Counted from the stretch's first letter, positions 16,189-25,313 are shown. The stretch is 32,000 nucleotides of DNA from Dubosiella newyorkensis (GCF_001945605.1 NZ_MPKA01000053.1:6527-38526), one strand, 5' to 3'. Numbers and translations are program-made. Notes: generated by a model from the letters alone, not told the origin.

Positions 16189-16852
16189 CTTCTTGCAAAG
16201 AGGGATCTTCCAATAGTGTTTCTATTTGTTGTTTTGTTGTTTGCGAAGGCGCTTTATTGGCTTCAAGTTGGGTTTCGATCTTTTCTCCAGTTGGACGTTT
16301 TGTTTGAATGGTTTCAGATTTCGTGTCAATTTGATACGTCCAAGTCTGTGTGTCTTCGGATTGTATCGTATAACGATCGTCTTGTTTTTGAATAGAATAC
16401 GAAGGATCGAGTGTATATTTTTGTCCATCGTTGATCAGAGCGGGTGCAAATAAGGAAGCGATCGTCTGGGTAAACAGTTCTTCTGGCGCTTGTTCGTTTT
16501 CGATCAAATCGACCACATACCCATCCTCTACTTGAGTAAAGAGGATCGTTTTTCTTTTTCCATTTTCTTCTTTTGCGATTTGAAGCGTTGGCGCCGTATA
16601 TTTGCTGGTATCATTTGTTCCTGAATTTTTCCAGGCTCCATAACTTTTTCCCTCTTTTTTCCATAAATTGATCGTGGTTTCTTCTTGGTTGGTCGAGTCT
16701 GTTATACCGATCTCGATTGAGTTTGTATTGGCTTGCGTATGGATCCAATCCATCAGAGCATTTGCATCCACTTTTTTAGGGGCAGTGCAGCCGATAAGGC
16801 ATAAGCCAAGAAGAAGACTTATATATCGTGTTTTTTTTAATAATCGTTTCAT
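16163..16852 (-). CDS. Putative lipoprotein of unknown function
   Basis: Signal peptide with a lipobox (LLLGLCLIGC|T). The mature part is hydrophilic and T/Q/E-rich. Confidence 0.7.
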   Translation of the reverse strand: MKRLLKKTRYISLLLGLCLIGCTAPKKVDANALMDWIHTQANTNSIEIGITDSTNQEETTINLWKKEGKSYGAWKNSGTNDTSKYTAPTLQIAKEENGKRKTILFTQVEDGYVVDLIENEQAPEELFTQTIASLFAPALINDGQKYTLDPSYSIQKQDDRYTIQSEDTQTWTYQIDTKSETIQTKRPTGEKIETQLEANKAPSQTTKQQIETLLEDPSLQEGSMIQFRS

Positions 16853-16973
16853 GTTCTTCTGATTTTATTTCGAATTTCTTATGATTTCTTCGATAGACTA
16901 AAGCTATGAAAAAGAAACCGATCCATTTAGAATCCAGTGCGTATTTGAGAGAACTTCTCTCTAAAAAATCGGG

Positions 16974-17001
16974 AAAAAAACCGACTCACAGAAAGTCGGT
17001 T
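16974..17001 (-). terminator. Rho-independent terminator downstream of the ThiD-like gene
   Basis: AACCGACT (16979-16986) / AGTCGGTT (16994-17001) with a 7-nt loop, followed on the minus strand by TTTTT. Confidence 0.65.
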
Positions 17002-17008
17002 CCTTCCA

Positions 17009-17506
17009 CTATGCTACGATCTCAGTGAGTGGCTTATTTTCTGTCAATCCTTTCGTGATCTCTTCGCTTGTTAAATCTTTATCGAACCAAATGGCTTGAT
17101 TGCTTGTATAGAGAAGATTTTTAGCGGCAAAGATTCCTTTGGCAAATAAGATGACAGAAGCTCCCGAATGGTCCGCGATATTCTTGGCTGCCATTTCCAT
17201 GTCTTGGTCGCTTGTGACCGACATACGGTCTAGCACTTCGGCTTCTGGAATACTTGGGATCACAACTTCGGCCATTGGCAAAAGCAAGCCTGTTACGGCT
17301 TCGATCAAATGAGAGGAATTCGTAATGCTTTTAAGGTCTACAACAATGTGTTTTACAGAATAGTCGCGAAGAAGTGTGGCGACTCTTTCTATAAAATCAG
17401 CGTCTGGAAATTCTTCGACGATCACGCCTTCGACTGTTCCGCTTTCCAAAGCTTCTTTCACCACACCTTCTGGGATCGTATCTGTGATTCGTAAAATGTT
17501 ACTCAT
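17009..17506 (-). CDS. Truncated or degenerate ThiD/PdxK-like (ribokinase-fold) protein, 165 aa
   Basis: The central segment LLPMAEVVIPSIPEAEVLDRMSVTSDQDMEMAAKNIADHSGASVILFAKG matches the HMP-kinase pattern L.P.A.viTPN.PEAe.L.g..i.s.edm..Aa..l...Ga..VlvKG. The N-terminal substrate lid and the C-terminal GTG anion-hole motif are absent. Confidence 0.5.
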   Translation of the reverse strand: MSNILRITDTIPEGVVKEALESGTVEGVIVEEFPDADFIERVATLLRDYSVKHIVVDLKSITNSSHLIEAVTGLLLPMAEVVIPSIPEAEVLDRMSVTSDQDMEMAAKNIADHSGASVILFAKGIFAAKNLLYTSNQAIWFDKDLTSEEITKGLTENKPLTEIVA

Positions 17507-17580
17507 ATTTACTACCTGCTTTCTTTTCTCTTCTAGAATAATTCTTTATTTTATTTTTTTGCGCTCAAATGCCCGGATAG

Positions 17581-17612
17581 ATAAAAACCATCGAGCTTTG
17601 AGTCGATGGTTT
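17581..17612 (-). terminator. Terminator downstream of the MFS transporter gene
   Basis: AAACCATCGA (17585-17594) / TCGATGGTTT (17603-17612) with an 8-nt loop and T-rich flanks in both orientations. It starts 7 nt after the MFS stop. Confidence 0.6.
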
Positions 17613-17619
17613 CATTTTT

Positions 17620-19065
17620 TTAGGCTTTTGCTTGTTTTTTTGCGCGGTTTTCAGCCATCTTACGATAAATGAACGTGGATAAAATAAAGGTGAGCAAGCC
17701 GGTGATTGCCGAAATCAAGAAGACTGTATCGACTCCCATCGTGATTCCATGAACGCCTTGTTCTGAAAGGCGTAATGTATCATAAGCAATTCCATCCAAG
17801 CTCGAAGAGATCACGCTAGAGAGCGAGATGAAGAATCCGATCAATGAGGTTCCGATCCCCATATCTTTTGGAGTAAGGACGGCTTGGGCTGCTGGTGTGA
17901 TCACGACAGACCGGAACGAATCCGCGATTCCTGTCAAAGAGACCATAACGATCACGAACCATAATGGCATGTGCGGACCAATAAAGACGAGTCCGGCAAA
18001 GGCGATCGCGATACAGATTCCTGCGATTGAAAGAGAGATCCAAGAGTTTCTGGTTTGGTTTTTTGCGACCCAACCACCTACAAGTCCTGGAAGAATGATC
18101 GAGATGATCGTACGTGGGATCGTGACAGAGCCGCTTGCGGTCGTGCTTTGTCCCATGATGTCTTGGATTGCATTTGGAATATAGGTCGTTAATCCTGTAA
18201 CATAGAACATACTCAAAAAGGCGATCAGCAGTAATAAACTGTACTCTTTGTTTTTGAAGATATGGAGCGGGATCAATGGACTTTCCGCCTTGCTTTCCAC
18301 AAAGAACAATAAGATCAACGCTACGATTCCTACTCCCATGCATCCAAGAACGACTGGATTGCTCCATCCGGAAGTCGGTCCAAAATTGAGGGCGAGCAAG
18401 ATTCCGCCTAAGCTTAGAACGAGCAAAATCGTTCCTTTGACATCAAGATGCACCCCACTCGCGCCCTTTTCTTGATCTGGATAATTCATCACGATCAATG
18501 GAACGCCTACTAAAAGTCCAATGATCGGGAACAAGATCGCAAGGACCATCATATTCATATCGGTAAATACTCCCGCTAAATAGGAGCCAAGGAATGACCC
18601 GATTCCTAGAACGATCGCGATCAAGCCCATCGCTTTAGGAACATCTTGTCGTTTATTAATGATACCTGCCAAGATATAGGGTGTGGTCACAAAGCTTCCC
18701 ATCGCAAGGAATAAAAAGAATCGGCATAGGATGAACAATGGTAAATTGTTTGCGAAAACGAAACCGATCCCGGAAATCATGCTAATGATCCCGCCAACTA
18801 AAATGACTTTACGCATTCCATAGATGTCGCAAAGACGACCTCCAATTGGGGTCATGATACACATGGCCATCGAACCGATCAGCGTTACTAAAGAAAAAGC
18901 AGATTCTGCTCCTATGTTCTTTAACATTGGTCCTTGGATCGTGGCGAGCGACAATCCATAGGCGGCTGTCGCGAACACTAAACCTAACGAGCCAATCGTA
19001 AGGAGCATTCTTTGCTTCGAATTGAATGATTCATAAGATATACTCGAATTTGTAGTACTGCTCAT
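17620..19065 (-). CDS. MFS transporter, DHA2-like (about 14 TM) drug:H+ antiporter type
   Basis: About 480 aa and highly hydrophobic, with MFS motif A-like GGRLCDIYGMRKV. The ATG at 19065 has AGGAG 6 nt upstream; the ORF-track ATG at 19071 abuts the SD. Confidence 0.85.
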   Translation of the reverse strand: MSSTTNSSISYESFNSKQRMLLTIGSLGLVFATAAYGLSLATIQGPMLKNIGAESAFSLVTLIGSMAMCIMTPIGGRLCDIYGMRKVILVGGIISMISGIGFVFANNLPLFILCRFFLFLAMGSFVTTPYILAGIINKRQDVPKAMGLIAIVLGIGSFLGSYLAGVFTDMNMMVLAILFPIIGLLVGVPLIVMNYPDQEKGASGVHLDVKGTILLVLSLGGILLALNFGPTSGWSNPVVLGCMGVGIVALILLFFVESKAESPLIPLHIFKNKEYSLLLLIAFLSMFYVTGLTTYIPNAIQDIMGQSTTASGSVTIPRTIISIILPGLVGGWVAKNQTRNSWISLSIAGICIAIAFAGLVFIGPHMPLWFVIVMVSLTGIADSFRSVVITPAAQAVLTPKDMGIGTSLIGFFISLSSVISSSLDGIAYDTLRLSEQGVHGITMGVDTVFLISAITGLLTFILSTFIYRKMAENRAKKQAKA

Positions 19066-19106
19066 AAGCATCTCCTAACTTTTATCAAGAAAATGTTATC
19101 AATTTT

Positions 19107-20480
19107 TTAGAACTTTTCATATTCATTTGCTTGATTAAGTTCCGGGAATACGGTAACGAGCATCGTGATAAAACAAATCGAACCTCCGACAAAATTACTG
19201 ATCGGCTCAGCCGCAAAGACACCAATCGCTCCCATATTGAAAAGGTTTGGAAGCCAAAGCGTTAGCGGTATGACGATGATCACTTTGCGAAACAAAGAGA
19301 AGAAGATCGCTTGGTTGCGTTTATTGAGCGCCTTGAATGTCGTTTGTCCAGCATATTGGAGAGCTTGAAAGAAAAACGCGAAAAAGTAAAGACGCAATGC
19401 AGGAATACACAATTCGATCAGCTGGGGTTCTTGATTGAACAATTGAATGAATAAAGCGGGGAATGCTAAGACCAGGATCCACACGACACTTGTATAAAGG
19501 CAGGCGATCGCGGTCAAGGCCCAGATCGTCTTTTTGACGCGTTTATAATAGCGAGCACCATAATTGTAGGATAAAATAGGGCTTGTTCCATCTGCCAAGC
19601 CAAAAATGATCGTATCAAGGATCTGCCGCACAGAATTGACGATCGTCATGATCGAGATGTAAAGGTCTCCGCCGTATTGGTTGAGAACATTGTTGGAAAT
19701 GATTTGAACGAGTGAATTGGTGCACTGCATCACAAAGCCTGCCATTCCTAAAGATACGATGTTTTTGGTGCAATCCCAAAATTCAGCCACGCCGAGTGAA
19801 AAGAAACGAAGCCGATATTCCGCTTTTTTGGAAGTCAAAAAGCGAAGGACAAAAATGGCCGATACGATTTGAGCAAGCACGCTTGCGATCGCGGCTCCTT
19901 GAATGCCTAGATGAAAGCTAAAAATAAAAATTGGATCTAGAACGATATTGAGGATCGCTCCGATCAAGATCGTCACCATGCCGATGGTAGGATAGCCTTG
20001 CGCGTTGATGAATGGATTCAAGCCTAAAGAAATCATCGAAAAAAGAGTGCCAATGATATAGATCTGCATATATGGCAGGGCGTAAAGGATCGTCGTTTGA
20101 CTTGCGCCAAATGCATATAGTATTTTTTCGCAGAACACAAAGCCAAAAACACTCAGCAGGATTGCGGTGATCACAATCAGCGCAAACGATGTATTGATAT
20201 AGTTTTCGGCTTTTTGATGGTTTTTCCTGCCGCTTTCAATAGCGCAAAGCGATGCGCCACCAGAAGCGTAAAGATTAGCGAACGCATTGATCAAGGAGAT
20301 CAAAGGAAAACAAAGTCCTACTCCAGCGAGCGCTTGCATTCCTACTCCTTCGATCCTGCCAATATACATGCGATCCACGACGTTGTAAAGCAAAGATAAG
20401 ACTTGAGCGGCAATCATAGGACCAGCCGCGCGCATGATATTTTTTGAAATGCTTCCTGTTCCGTAATCGATCTGCTTCAT
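19107..20480 (-). CDS. MATE-family efflux transporter
   Basis: 457 aa and 12 TM segments with an N-terminal MATE pattern (GPMIAAQVLSLLYNVVDRMYIGR). The start forms an ATGA overlap with the stop of the upstream DUF3784-like gene. Confidence 0.9.
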   Translation of the reverse strand: MKQIDYGTGSISKNIMRAAGPMIAAQVLSLLYNVVDRMYIGRIEGVGMQALAGVGLCFPLISLINAFANLYASGGASLCAIESGRKNHQKAENYINTSFALIVITAILLSVFGFVFCEKILYAFGASQTTILYALPYMQIYIIGTLFSMISLGLNPFINAQGYPTIGMVTILIGAILNIVLDPIFIFSFHLGIQGAAIASVLAQIVSAIFVLRFLTSKKAEYRLRFFSLGVAEFWDCTKNIVSLGMAGFVMQCTNSLVQIISNNVLNQYGGDLYISIMTIVNSVRQILDTIIFGLADGTSPILSYNYGARYYKRVKKTIWALTAIACLYTSVVWILVLAFPALFIQLFNQEPQLIELCIPALRLYFFAFFFQALQYAGQTTFKALNKRNQAIFFSLFRKVIIVIPLTLWLPNLFNMGAIGVFAAEPISNFVGGSICFITMLVTVFPELNQANEYEKF

Positions 20481-20830
20481 TCCGTTTCTTTCCTCTTTTT
20501 TGAATATTTCCGAAAATTTTGTTCTGGTGTATTCTTAGCGTCTTTTAAGAATAAAAATAGCCAGGTCAAAAAAGCTAGGATCCCTATATAAGTAGAAATG
20601 AAGTAGGAAGCGATCGCTCCGATTCCTAGCAGAAAAGTCCATACATAGAAAGTTTTAGCTTGGGTTTTTGATATTTGTTCTTTGTTATATTTTTTTTGTT
20701 CTTCTTTACTTAATGAATTGAATTGACTGAGTAAAGTGACCGCTTTTCCTTTCAATGTTGAAAAGACGAGGCCCATCGACAAAAAAAATAAAGAAAATGG
20801 AAGACATGTCATAAATCCAAGATTATCCAT
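20477..20830 (-). CDS. DUF3784-like small membrane protein
   Basis: Two TM pairs flank a loop reading FNSLSKEEQKKYNKEQISK, as in the family pattern GYNTMSKEEKEKYD. SD GGAGGTGA. Confidence 0.65.
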   Translation of the reverse strand: MDNLGFMTCLPFSLFFLSMGLVFSTLKGKAVTLLSQFNSLSKEEQKKYNKEQISKTQAKTFYVWTFLLGIGAIASYFISTYIGILAFLTWLFLFLKDAKNTPEQNFRKYSKKRKETE

Positions 20831-20907
20831 ACACTCACCTCCGTTTCAGTATAACATGTCTATCTTCTACTTCTGCTATAGATCCATGCTTTTTCTAGTT
20901 CTCTTGA

Positions 20908-21384
20908 TCATAAAGCCATTAAGGCCTTTTCATAATCTTTGACATAATAACGAAGATTCTTTCTTCCTTTTTGAAGAATCGTAAATCCTTCTGCTTCGAG
21001 CTTTTCTTTTTGCGCTTGAATTCCGCCTGGATATTTCGCATTCAGTTCTCCATGAGCTTTTAGGGTTCTCCAATAGGGAGTGGGGTTTTCATTTCGTTGA
21101 TGACTAGCCCAAGCAGCTATGGAAACAAAGATTCCTGCTGTGATCGGATAGGTAAAATCGGCTCCGTTTTCTTTAGCGAAATATTTTCTGATCATTTGGA
21201 TCGTGAGCAATTTCCCTTTGGGGACTTTTTTCATCATTTTGTCGTATTCGATCGGTGGCGCAAAATACATTCGTGCCCCTCCATATTTTGCGATGCTTTT
21301 CTCATCCGTGATCGTCTTGATTTTTGGCATATCTTTTGGATCGTTGAGCATTGCGTTAAAATCTTTTTTGTCTTCGTTTGCCAT
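20908..21384 (-). CDS. MGMT-family / alkyltransferase-like (ATL) DNA-binding protein lacking the acceptor cysteine
   Basis: Helix-turn-helix region (PKGKLLTIQMIRKYFAK..G) followed by TPYWRTL..HGELN at the position of the PCHRV active-site motif, so the Cys is replaced. The ATG at 21384 has GGAGGAAAAACG upstream; the longer ORF-track start lacks an SD. Confidence 0.65.
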   Translation of the reverse strand: MANEDKKDFNAMLNDPKDMPKIKTITDEKSIAKYGGARMYFAPPIEYDKMMKKVPKGKLLTIQMIRKYFAKENGADFTYPITAGIFVSIAAWASHQRNENPTPYWRTLKAHGELNAKYPGGIQAQKEKLEAEGFTILQKGRKNLRYYVKDYEKALMAL

Positions 21385-21454
21385 CGTTTTTCCTCCTATC
21401 TTCAAATATAGAAGAAAGAACGAGGATTGCAATGAGGCAGTTAGTAAAAAAATA

Positions 21455-21478
21455 AAAAGCGTTTGATAGGAACGCTTT
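21455..21478 (-). terminator. Terminator-like hairpin about 70 nt upstream of the ATL-like gene start
   Basis: AAAGCGTT / AACGCTTT 8-bp stem with a 7-nt loop, followed on the minus strand by TTTATTTTTT. No minus-strand gene ends just upstream of it. Confidence 0.35.
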
Positions 21479-21520
21479 AAGACTAGTGGTAAAGTTTTGT
21501 GATAAATTCAAAATCAAGGA

Positions 21521-21551
21521 TTGACCTATACGCAACGTACACGCTTATGGT
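21521..21551 (+). promoter_or_regulatory. Candidate MerR-type promoter with 19-nt spacer upstream of the long MerR gene
   Basis: TTGACC (21521-21526), 19-nt spacer tatacgcaacgtacacgct, TATGGT (21546-21551), then SD AAGGAGGTG and the ATG at 21576. Confidence 0.4.
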
Positions 21552-21575
21552 TTAAGTGTAAGGAGGTGTTTTGGC

Positions 21576-22451
21576 ATGTTATTAAATGAGATCGTTCAGG
21601 AAGTAGGGATGACCAAACGCGCAATCAAATATTACGAAGAAAAAGGATTATTATCTGTAAAGAAAGATGAGAATGGGTATCGTAATTACACAAAAGAAAA
21701 CGTGGAAATATTAAAAAAGATTTCTATATACAGAAAATTAGGTATTGGCATTGATGATGTTAAAAAGCTTTTAGAAACAAATGACAAGAAAATTCTTCTA
21801 AACATATACCATCAAAAGTTACAAGAAATGCAAACGGAAAAGTCTGAACTTGAAGCATTAAAAGAGTTTATCGATGATGGCGATCCCGATAAAGCAAATG
21901 AGCTGCTCGATTATGAGACCATTGAAAACGCGATCGAATCCATGCTTCCAGAAGAAAAATGGGCTGATTATTTAATCAGTCACTTCAAACCGTTTCTCAA
22001 TGTGAGAATTAAAACTTCTGAGCAAAAACAAGCTTTAAAGAATCTCTTAGAATACTGTGATGAGACCACTTTAAAAATACCATTTATGATGCGATTAGGA
22101 ACTAAGCTAGCAGGCGGTATTATTAATGAAACAAGAACAGCGGATGAAATGATTGCTTTTTATCGAGATATGAGCGAAGAAGAATATGAAAGATTAAAAG
22201 ATGGCGTTTTAAAAGGTGCTAAATTAAAATCAGGAATATTGAAATATTATCCAGCTTACATAGCCCAAAGAAAAATGATGAAAGAATTTCAAAACAAAGG
22301 ATACAATGATATATTTATTCCTAACCTTATGATACTATCACCAAAATATGGAGAATATAAAAGAGCTTTAGATCGCGTTAACGATAGGATCTGTAGAGAA
22401 CTTGGACTCCATTATGACTCAAATTTTAACTTTATCATCAGAAAGCCATAA
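21576..22451 (+). CDS. MerR-family transcriptional regulator with a long (about 220-aa) uncharacterised C-terminal domain
   Basis: N-terminal MerR HTH (MTKRAIKYYEEKGLLSVKKDENGYRNYTKENVEILKKISIYRKLGIGIDDVKKLL) followed by a coiled coil. Confidence 0.85.
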   Translation: MLLNEIVQEVGMTKRAIKYYEEKGLLSVKKDENGYRNYTKENVEILKKISIYRKLGIGIDDVKKLLETNDKKILLNIYHQKLQEMQTEKSELEALKEFIDDGDPDKANELLDYETIENAIESMLPEEKWADYLISHFKPFLNVRIKTSEQKQALKNLLEYCDETTLKIPFMMRLGTKLAGGIINETRTADEMIAFYRDMSEEEYERLKDGVLKGAKLKSGILKYYPAYIAQRKMMKEFQNKGYNDIFIPNLMILSPKYGEYKRALDRVNDRICRELGLHYDSNFNFIIRKP

Positions 22452-22454
22452 AAA

Positions 22455-22497
22455 AACGCCCTTAGCCATGCGTTTATTCCCACAGCTAAGGGCGTTT
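22455..22497. terminator. Bidirectional terminator between the long MerR gene and guaA
   Basis: 13-bp perfect stem AAACGCCCTTAGC (22455-22467) / GCTAAGGGCGTTT (22485-22497) with a 17-nt loop. On the minus strand it is followed by TTTTTT. Confidence 0.65.
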
Positions 22498-22606
22498 CTA
22501 ATATGGATTTCAACCTCTTGTTTGACAGCAAGAATAATCACATACAAACAACTGTGATCGATTATCAAAAGTCCACATCAACACTGGACTTCTTCAAACT
22601 CACAAT

Positions 22607-24148
22607 TTATTCGAACTCGATCGTCCCAGGAGGCTTCGAGGTGATATCATAGAGCACACGGTTGACATGATCGACTTCATTGACGATCCGGTTTGCCACT
22701 TTGTCTAGGACATCAAATGGGATCCTTGCCCAATCGGCTGTCATACCATCAATGCTTGTGACTGCTCGTATCGCGACAGCGTAATCATACGTTCTTTGAT
22801 CGCCCATCACCCCTACACTGCGCATATTGGTCAAGGCTGTAAAGTATTGCCATATATCGCGTTCTAATCCTGCTTTCGCGATTTCTTCCCGTAAGATCGC
22901 ATCAGAATCTTGAACGATCTTGAGCTTTTCTTCTGTAACATCGCCTAAAATGCGGATCCCAAGTCCTGGTCCTGGGAATGGCTGGCGCCAAACCATCTCA
23001 TCTGGCAAACCGAGCTCGCTTCCAAGTTCGCGGACTTCATCTTTGAATAAGGTGTTCAGCGGTTCGATCAATTGGAACTGCATATCTTTAGGCAGACCGC
23101 CCACATTGTGATGTGATTTGATAGTCTGCGCCGTCTTTGTTCCGGATTCGATCACATCCGTATACAGAGTTCCTTGCGCGAGCCACTTGATATTTTCTCC
23201 TTCTGTCAATTTCTTGACTTCTTCATCAAAGGTGTAGACAAACTCGTTTCCAATGATCTTGCGCTTTTTTTCTGGATCGCTTACTCCTGCAAGTTTTGAG
23301 AGAAAGCGATCTTTCGCGTCGATCTTCACGAGATTGACATTCATGTTTTTGCCAAAAGTTTCCATGACCGATTCAGCTTCGCCTTTTCGAAGCAGCCCAT
23401 GATCGATGAACATACAAATCAGCTGATCGCCGATCGCTTCATGCAAGAGAGCGGCTACGACACTCGAATCCACGCCACCACTCAATCCTAGAAGGACTTT
23501 GTCGTCTTTCACTTTATCTTTGATCGCTTTTTTCTGTGTTTCAATAAAATCATGCATTGACCAATTGGCTTTCGCTTGGCAAATCTTGAACACAAAGTTT
23601 TTTAGCAACGTATTTCCATATTCTGTATGCCGAACTTCGGGATGGAATTGGAGAGTGTACATTTTTCGTTCCGTGTCTTGCGCTGCCGCAAATGGGCAAT
23701 TGTCTGAACAAGCGATCGTTTCAAATCCAGGCGCTAGCTCTGTTACTTTATTTCCGTGAGACATCCAAACGGTTTGGGTGCGTGGGGTTCCTTCAAACAA
23801 AAGGTTTTCCTTTGTCACTTCGATCGTCGTACGCCCATACTCACTAGATTCTCCAGGTTCAACTTTACCACCAAGTTCTTGCTGGATGAGCTGCATTCCA
23901 TAGCAGATTCCAAGAACAGGGATACCGCTTGTCAAAATGGCAGGATCACATTTTGGAGCATCGGCTTCAAATACATCTTCTGGTCCGCCTGAAAAAACGA
24001 TTCCTTTTACATCTTCCAACTTTTTGATTTCTTCCAAAGTCATTTCGTTCGAATGGAGTTCAGAATACACTCCAAATTCCCGGATCCGTCGTGCAATCAG
24101 CTGATTGTACTGACTTCCAAAATCCAATACTACGATCTTATCTGGCAT
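22607..24148 (-). CDS. guaA: GMP synthase (glutamine-hydrolysing)
   Basis: N-terminal class-I GATase (ICYGMQL, HPE), ATP-PPase P-loop (SGGVDSS) and a C-terminal dimerisation domain ending ...PPGTIEFE. Confidence 0.95.
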   Translation of the reverse strand: MPDKIVVLDFGSQYNQLIARRIREFGVYSELHSNEMTLEEIKKLEDVKGIVFSGGPEDVFEADAPKCDPAILTSGIPVLGICYGMQLIQQELGGKVEPGESSEYGRTTIEVTKENLLFEGTPRTQTVWMSHGNKVTELAPGFETIACSDNCPFAAAQDTERKMYTLQFHPEVRHTEYGNTLLKNFVFKICQAKANWSMHDFIETQKKAIKDKVKDDKVLLGLSGGVDSSVVAALLHEAIGDQLICMFIDHGLLRKGEAESVMETFGKNMNVNLVKIDAKDRFLSKLAGVSDPEKKRKIIGNEFVYTFDEEVKKLTEGENIKWLAQGTLYTDVIESGTKTAQTIKSHHNVGGLPKDMQFQLIEPLNTLFKDEVRELGSELGLPDEMVWRQPFPGPGLGIRILGDVTEEKLKIVQDSDAILREEIAKAGLERDIWQYFTALTNMRSVGVMGDQRTYDYAVAIRAVTSIDGMTADWARIPFDVLDKVANRIVNEVDHVNRVLYDITSKPPGTIEFE

Positions 24149-24184
24149 ATTTTCTCCTCACTCTTTCCATCTCTGTATATCTTA

Positions 24185-24565
24185 TCATAACGTCTTGCTC
24201 GGAACCAATTTTTCTAAAAGCCATTCCTTCAAAACGACAGCTTGATTGTCTTGCGTATCCTTCGCTCCATATAATAAAGTTACATTTTGGGTTTCTAACT
24301 GTTTTCGCACAATTTCCACCAAACGTTGAGCTTCTCCATTTTGTTCCAGCTCTTCCCGATATTTTGTTTTAAATATTTCAAATCTTTGTGGATCGTGATG
24401 AAACCACTTTCTCAATTCGTTGGAAGGCGCAATCTTTTTTTCCCAAGAATCTAAATGCGCATCCACCTTTTTGATCCCTCTAGGCCAGATACGATCCACT
24501 AAAACCCGATATCCATCTGTAGAAGCAAATGGTAAATAGACCTGTTTTATATACAGTTCATGCAT
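24185..24565 (-). CDS. DUF488-family protein
   Basis: Carries GYRVLVDRIWPRGIKK...W.K.IAPS.ELRKWFHHDP..F..F...Y..EL. The ATG at 24565 has GGAG 8 nt upstream; the ATG at 24571 is too close to it. Confidence 0.8.
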   Translation of the reverse strand: MHELYIKQVYLPFASTDGYRVLVDRIWPRGIKKVDAHLDSWEKKIAPSNELRKWFHHDPQRFEIFKTKYREELEQNGEAQRLVEIVRKQLETQNVTLLYGAKDTQDNQAVVLKEWLLEKLVPSKTL

Positions 24566-25223
24566 GTTCATTCTCCTGTTCTAGAAAGTCGATGACTTCG
24601 CTCAGATCCTTTTTTTCATATTGAATCGCTTCTTTCATTTCTTGGTCAGGAACGATTTGATCGGGGATAAAGATCGATATCATGTTCGCGTTCTTAGCCG
24701 CCAAGATTCCGTTTTTACTATCTTCCAATACAAGACAAGAGGATGGATCGACACCAAGCTTATTGGCAGCTCCTAAAAAGATCGCAGGATCAGGTTTTGA
24801 AGCATATCCTTCTTTTCCCGAAACGATAAGAGCGGGTTCGATAGGAAAACCTGCATACTCTAAAAATGTTTCGATATGTTCACGATAAGAGCTGGAAGCG
24901 ATCGCAAAAGGTATGTTTTTATTTTTTAAATATTGTACAAGTTCTTTTAAACCCTGCTTGTTTGCCGAGCCTGGAACGGAAAAAAATCGAAAAAAGTAAT
25001 CCATTCGCTCCTGTTGGCATTCTTCCATCGCCTTAGAAATTGTCGGATATTGATTCTCATACATTGCGATTCGTCTAGAATCACAGCCAATCATGCTTTG
25101 GATCACTGTATCTGGCACTGCATTCAAGCCATAGGCATTGAGCTTTTCGCGAAATTGTTGTTTGAACATTTGTTCTGTATCGAACATCAAACCATCCATA
25201 TCAAAAATAACTGCTTTGATCAT
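24558..25223 (-). CDS. HAD-superfamily hydrolase (subfamily IA, beta-phosphoglucomutase/phosphatase-like)
   Basis: Motif I VIFDMDGLMFDTE, motif II ASSS and a motif III/IV region (K.KPDP...LEDSKNG). SD AAGAGGTAA. Confidence 0.85.
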   Translation of the reverse strand: MIKAVIFDMDGLMFDTEQMFKQQFREKLNAYGLNAVPDTVIQSMIGCDSRRIAMYENQYPTISKAMEECQQERMDYFFRFFSVPGSANKQGLKELVQYLKNKNIPFAIASSSYREHIETFLEYAGFPIEPALIVSGKEGYASKPDPAIFLGAANKLGVDPSSCLVLEDSKNGILAAKNANMISIFIPDQIVPDQEMKEAIQYEKKDLSEVIDFLEQENEHA

Positions 25224-25250
25224 ACGTTACCTCTTTTATTTCTTAGCCAA

Positions 25251-25279
25251 ATTGTCATCGAATTGAACGGACATGTCAA
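25251..25279 (-). promoter_or_regulatory. Candidate promoter of the HAD-DUF488-guaA unit
   Basis: Minus strand TTGACA (25279-25274), 17-nt spacer, GACAAT (25256-25251), immediately downstream of the tsaD-operon terminator. Confidence 0.45.
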
Positions 25280-25282
25280 TGG

Positions 25283-25313
25283 AAAAAGCATCCGGCTGCA
25301 ATCGGATGCTTTT
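25283..25313 (-). terminator. Rho-independent terminator ending the rarA/tsa operon transcript
   Basis: 11-bp perfect stem AAAAGCATCCG (25284-25294) / CGGATGCTTTT (25303-25313) with an 8-nt loop and an A/T-run in both orientations. Confidence 0.65.

Noticed and set aside
17816-18367. 183-aa same-strand alternative-frame ORF and 118-aa antisense ORF inside the MFS transporter gene.
   Set aside because: They are nested in a strongly supported transporter frame. Their products are R/S/C-rich with no SD or domain signal.
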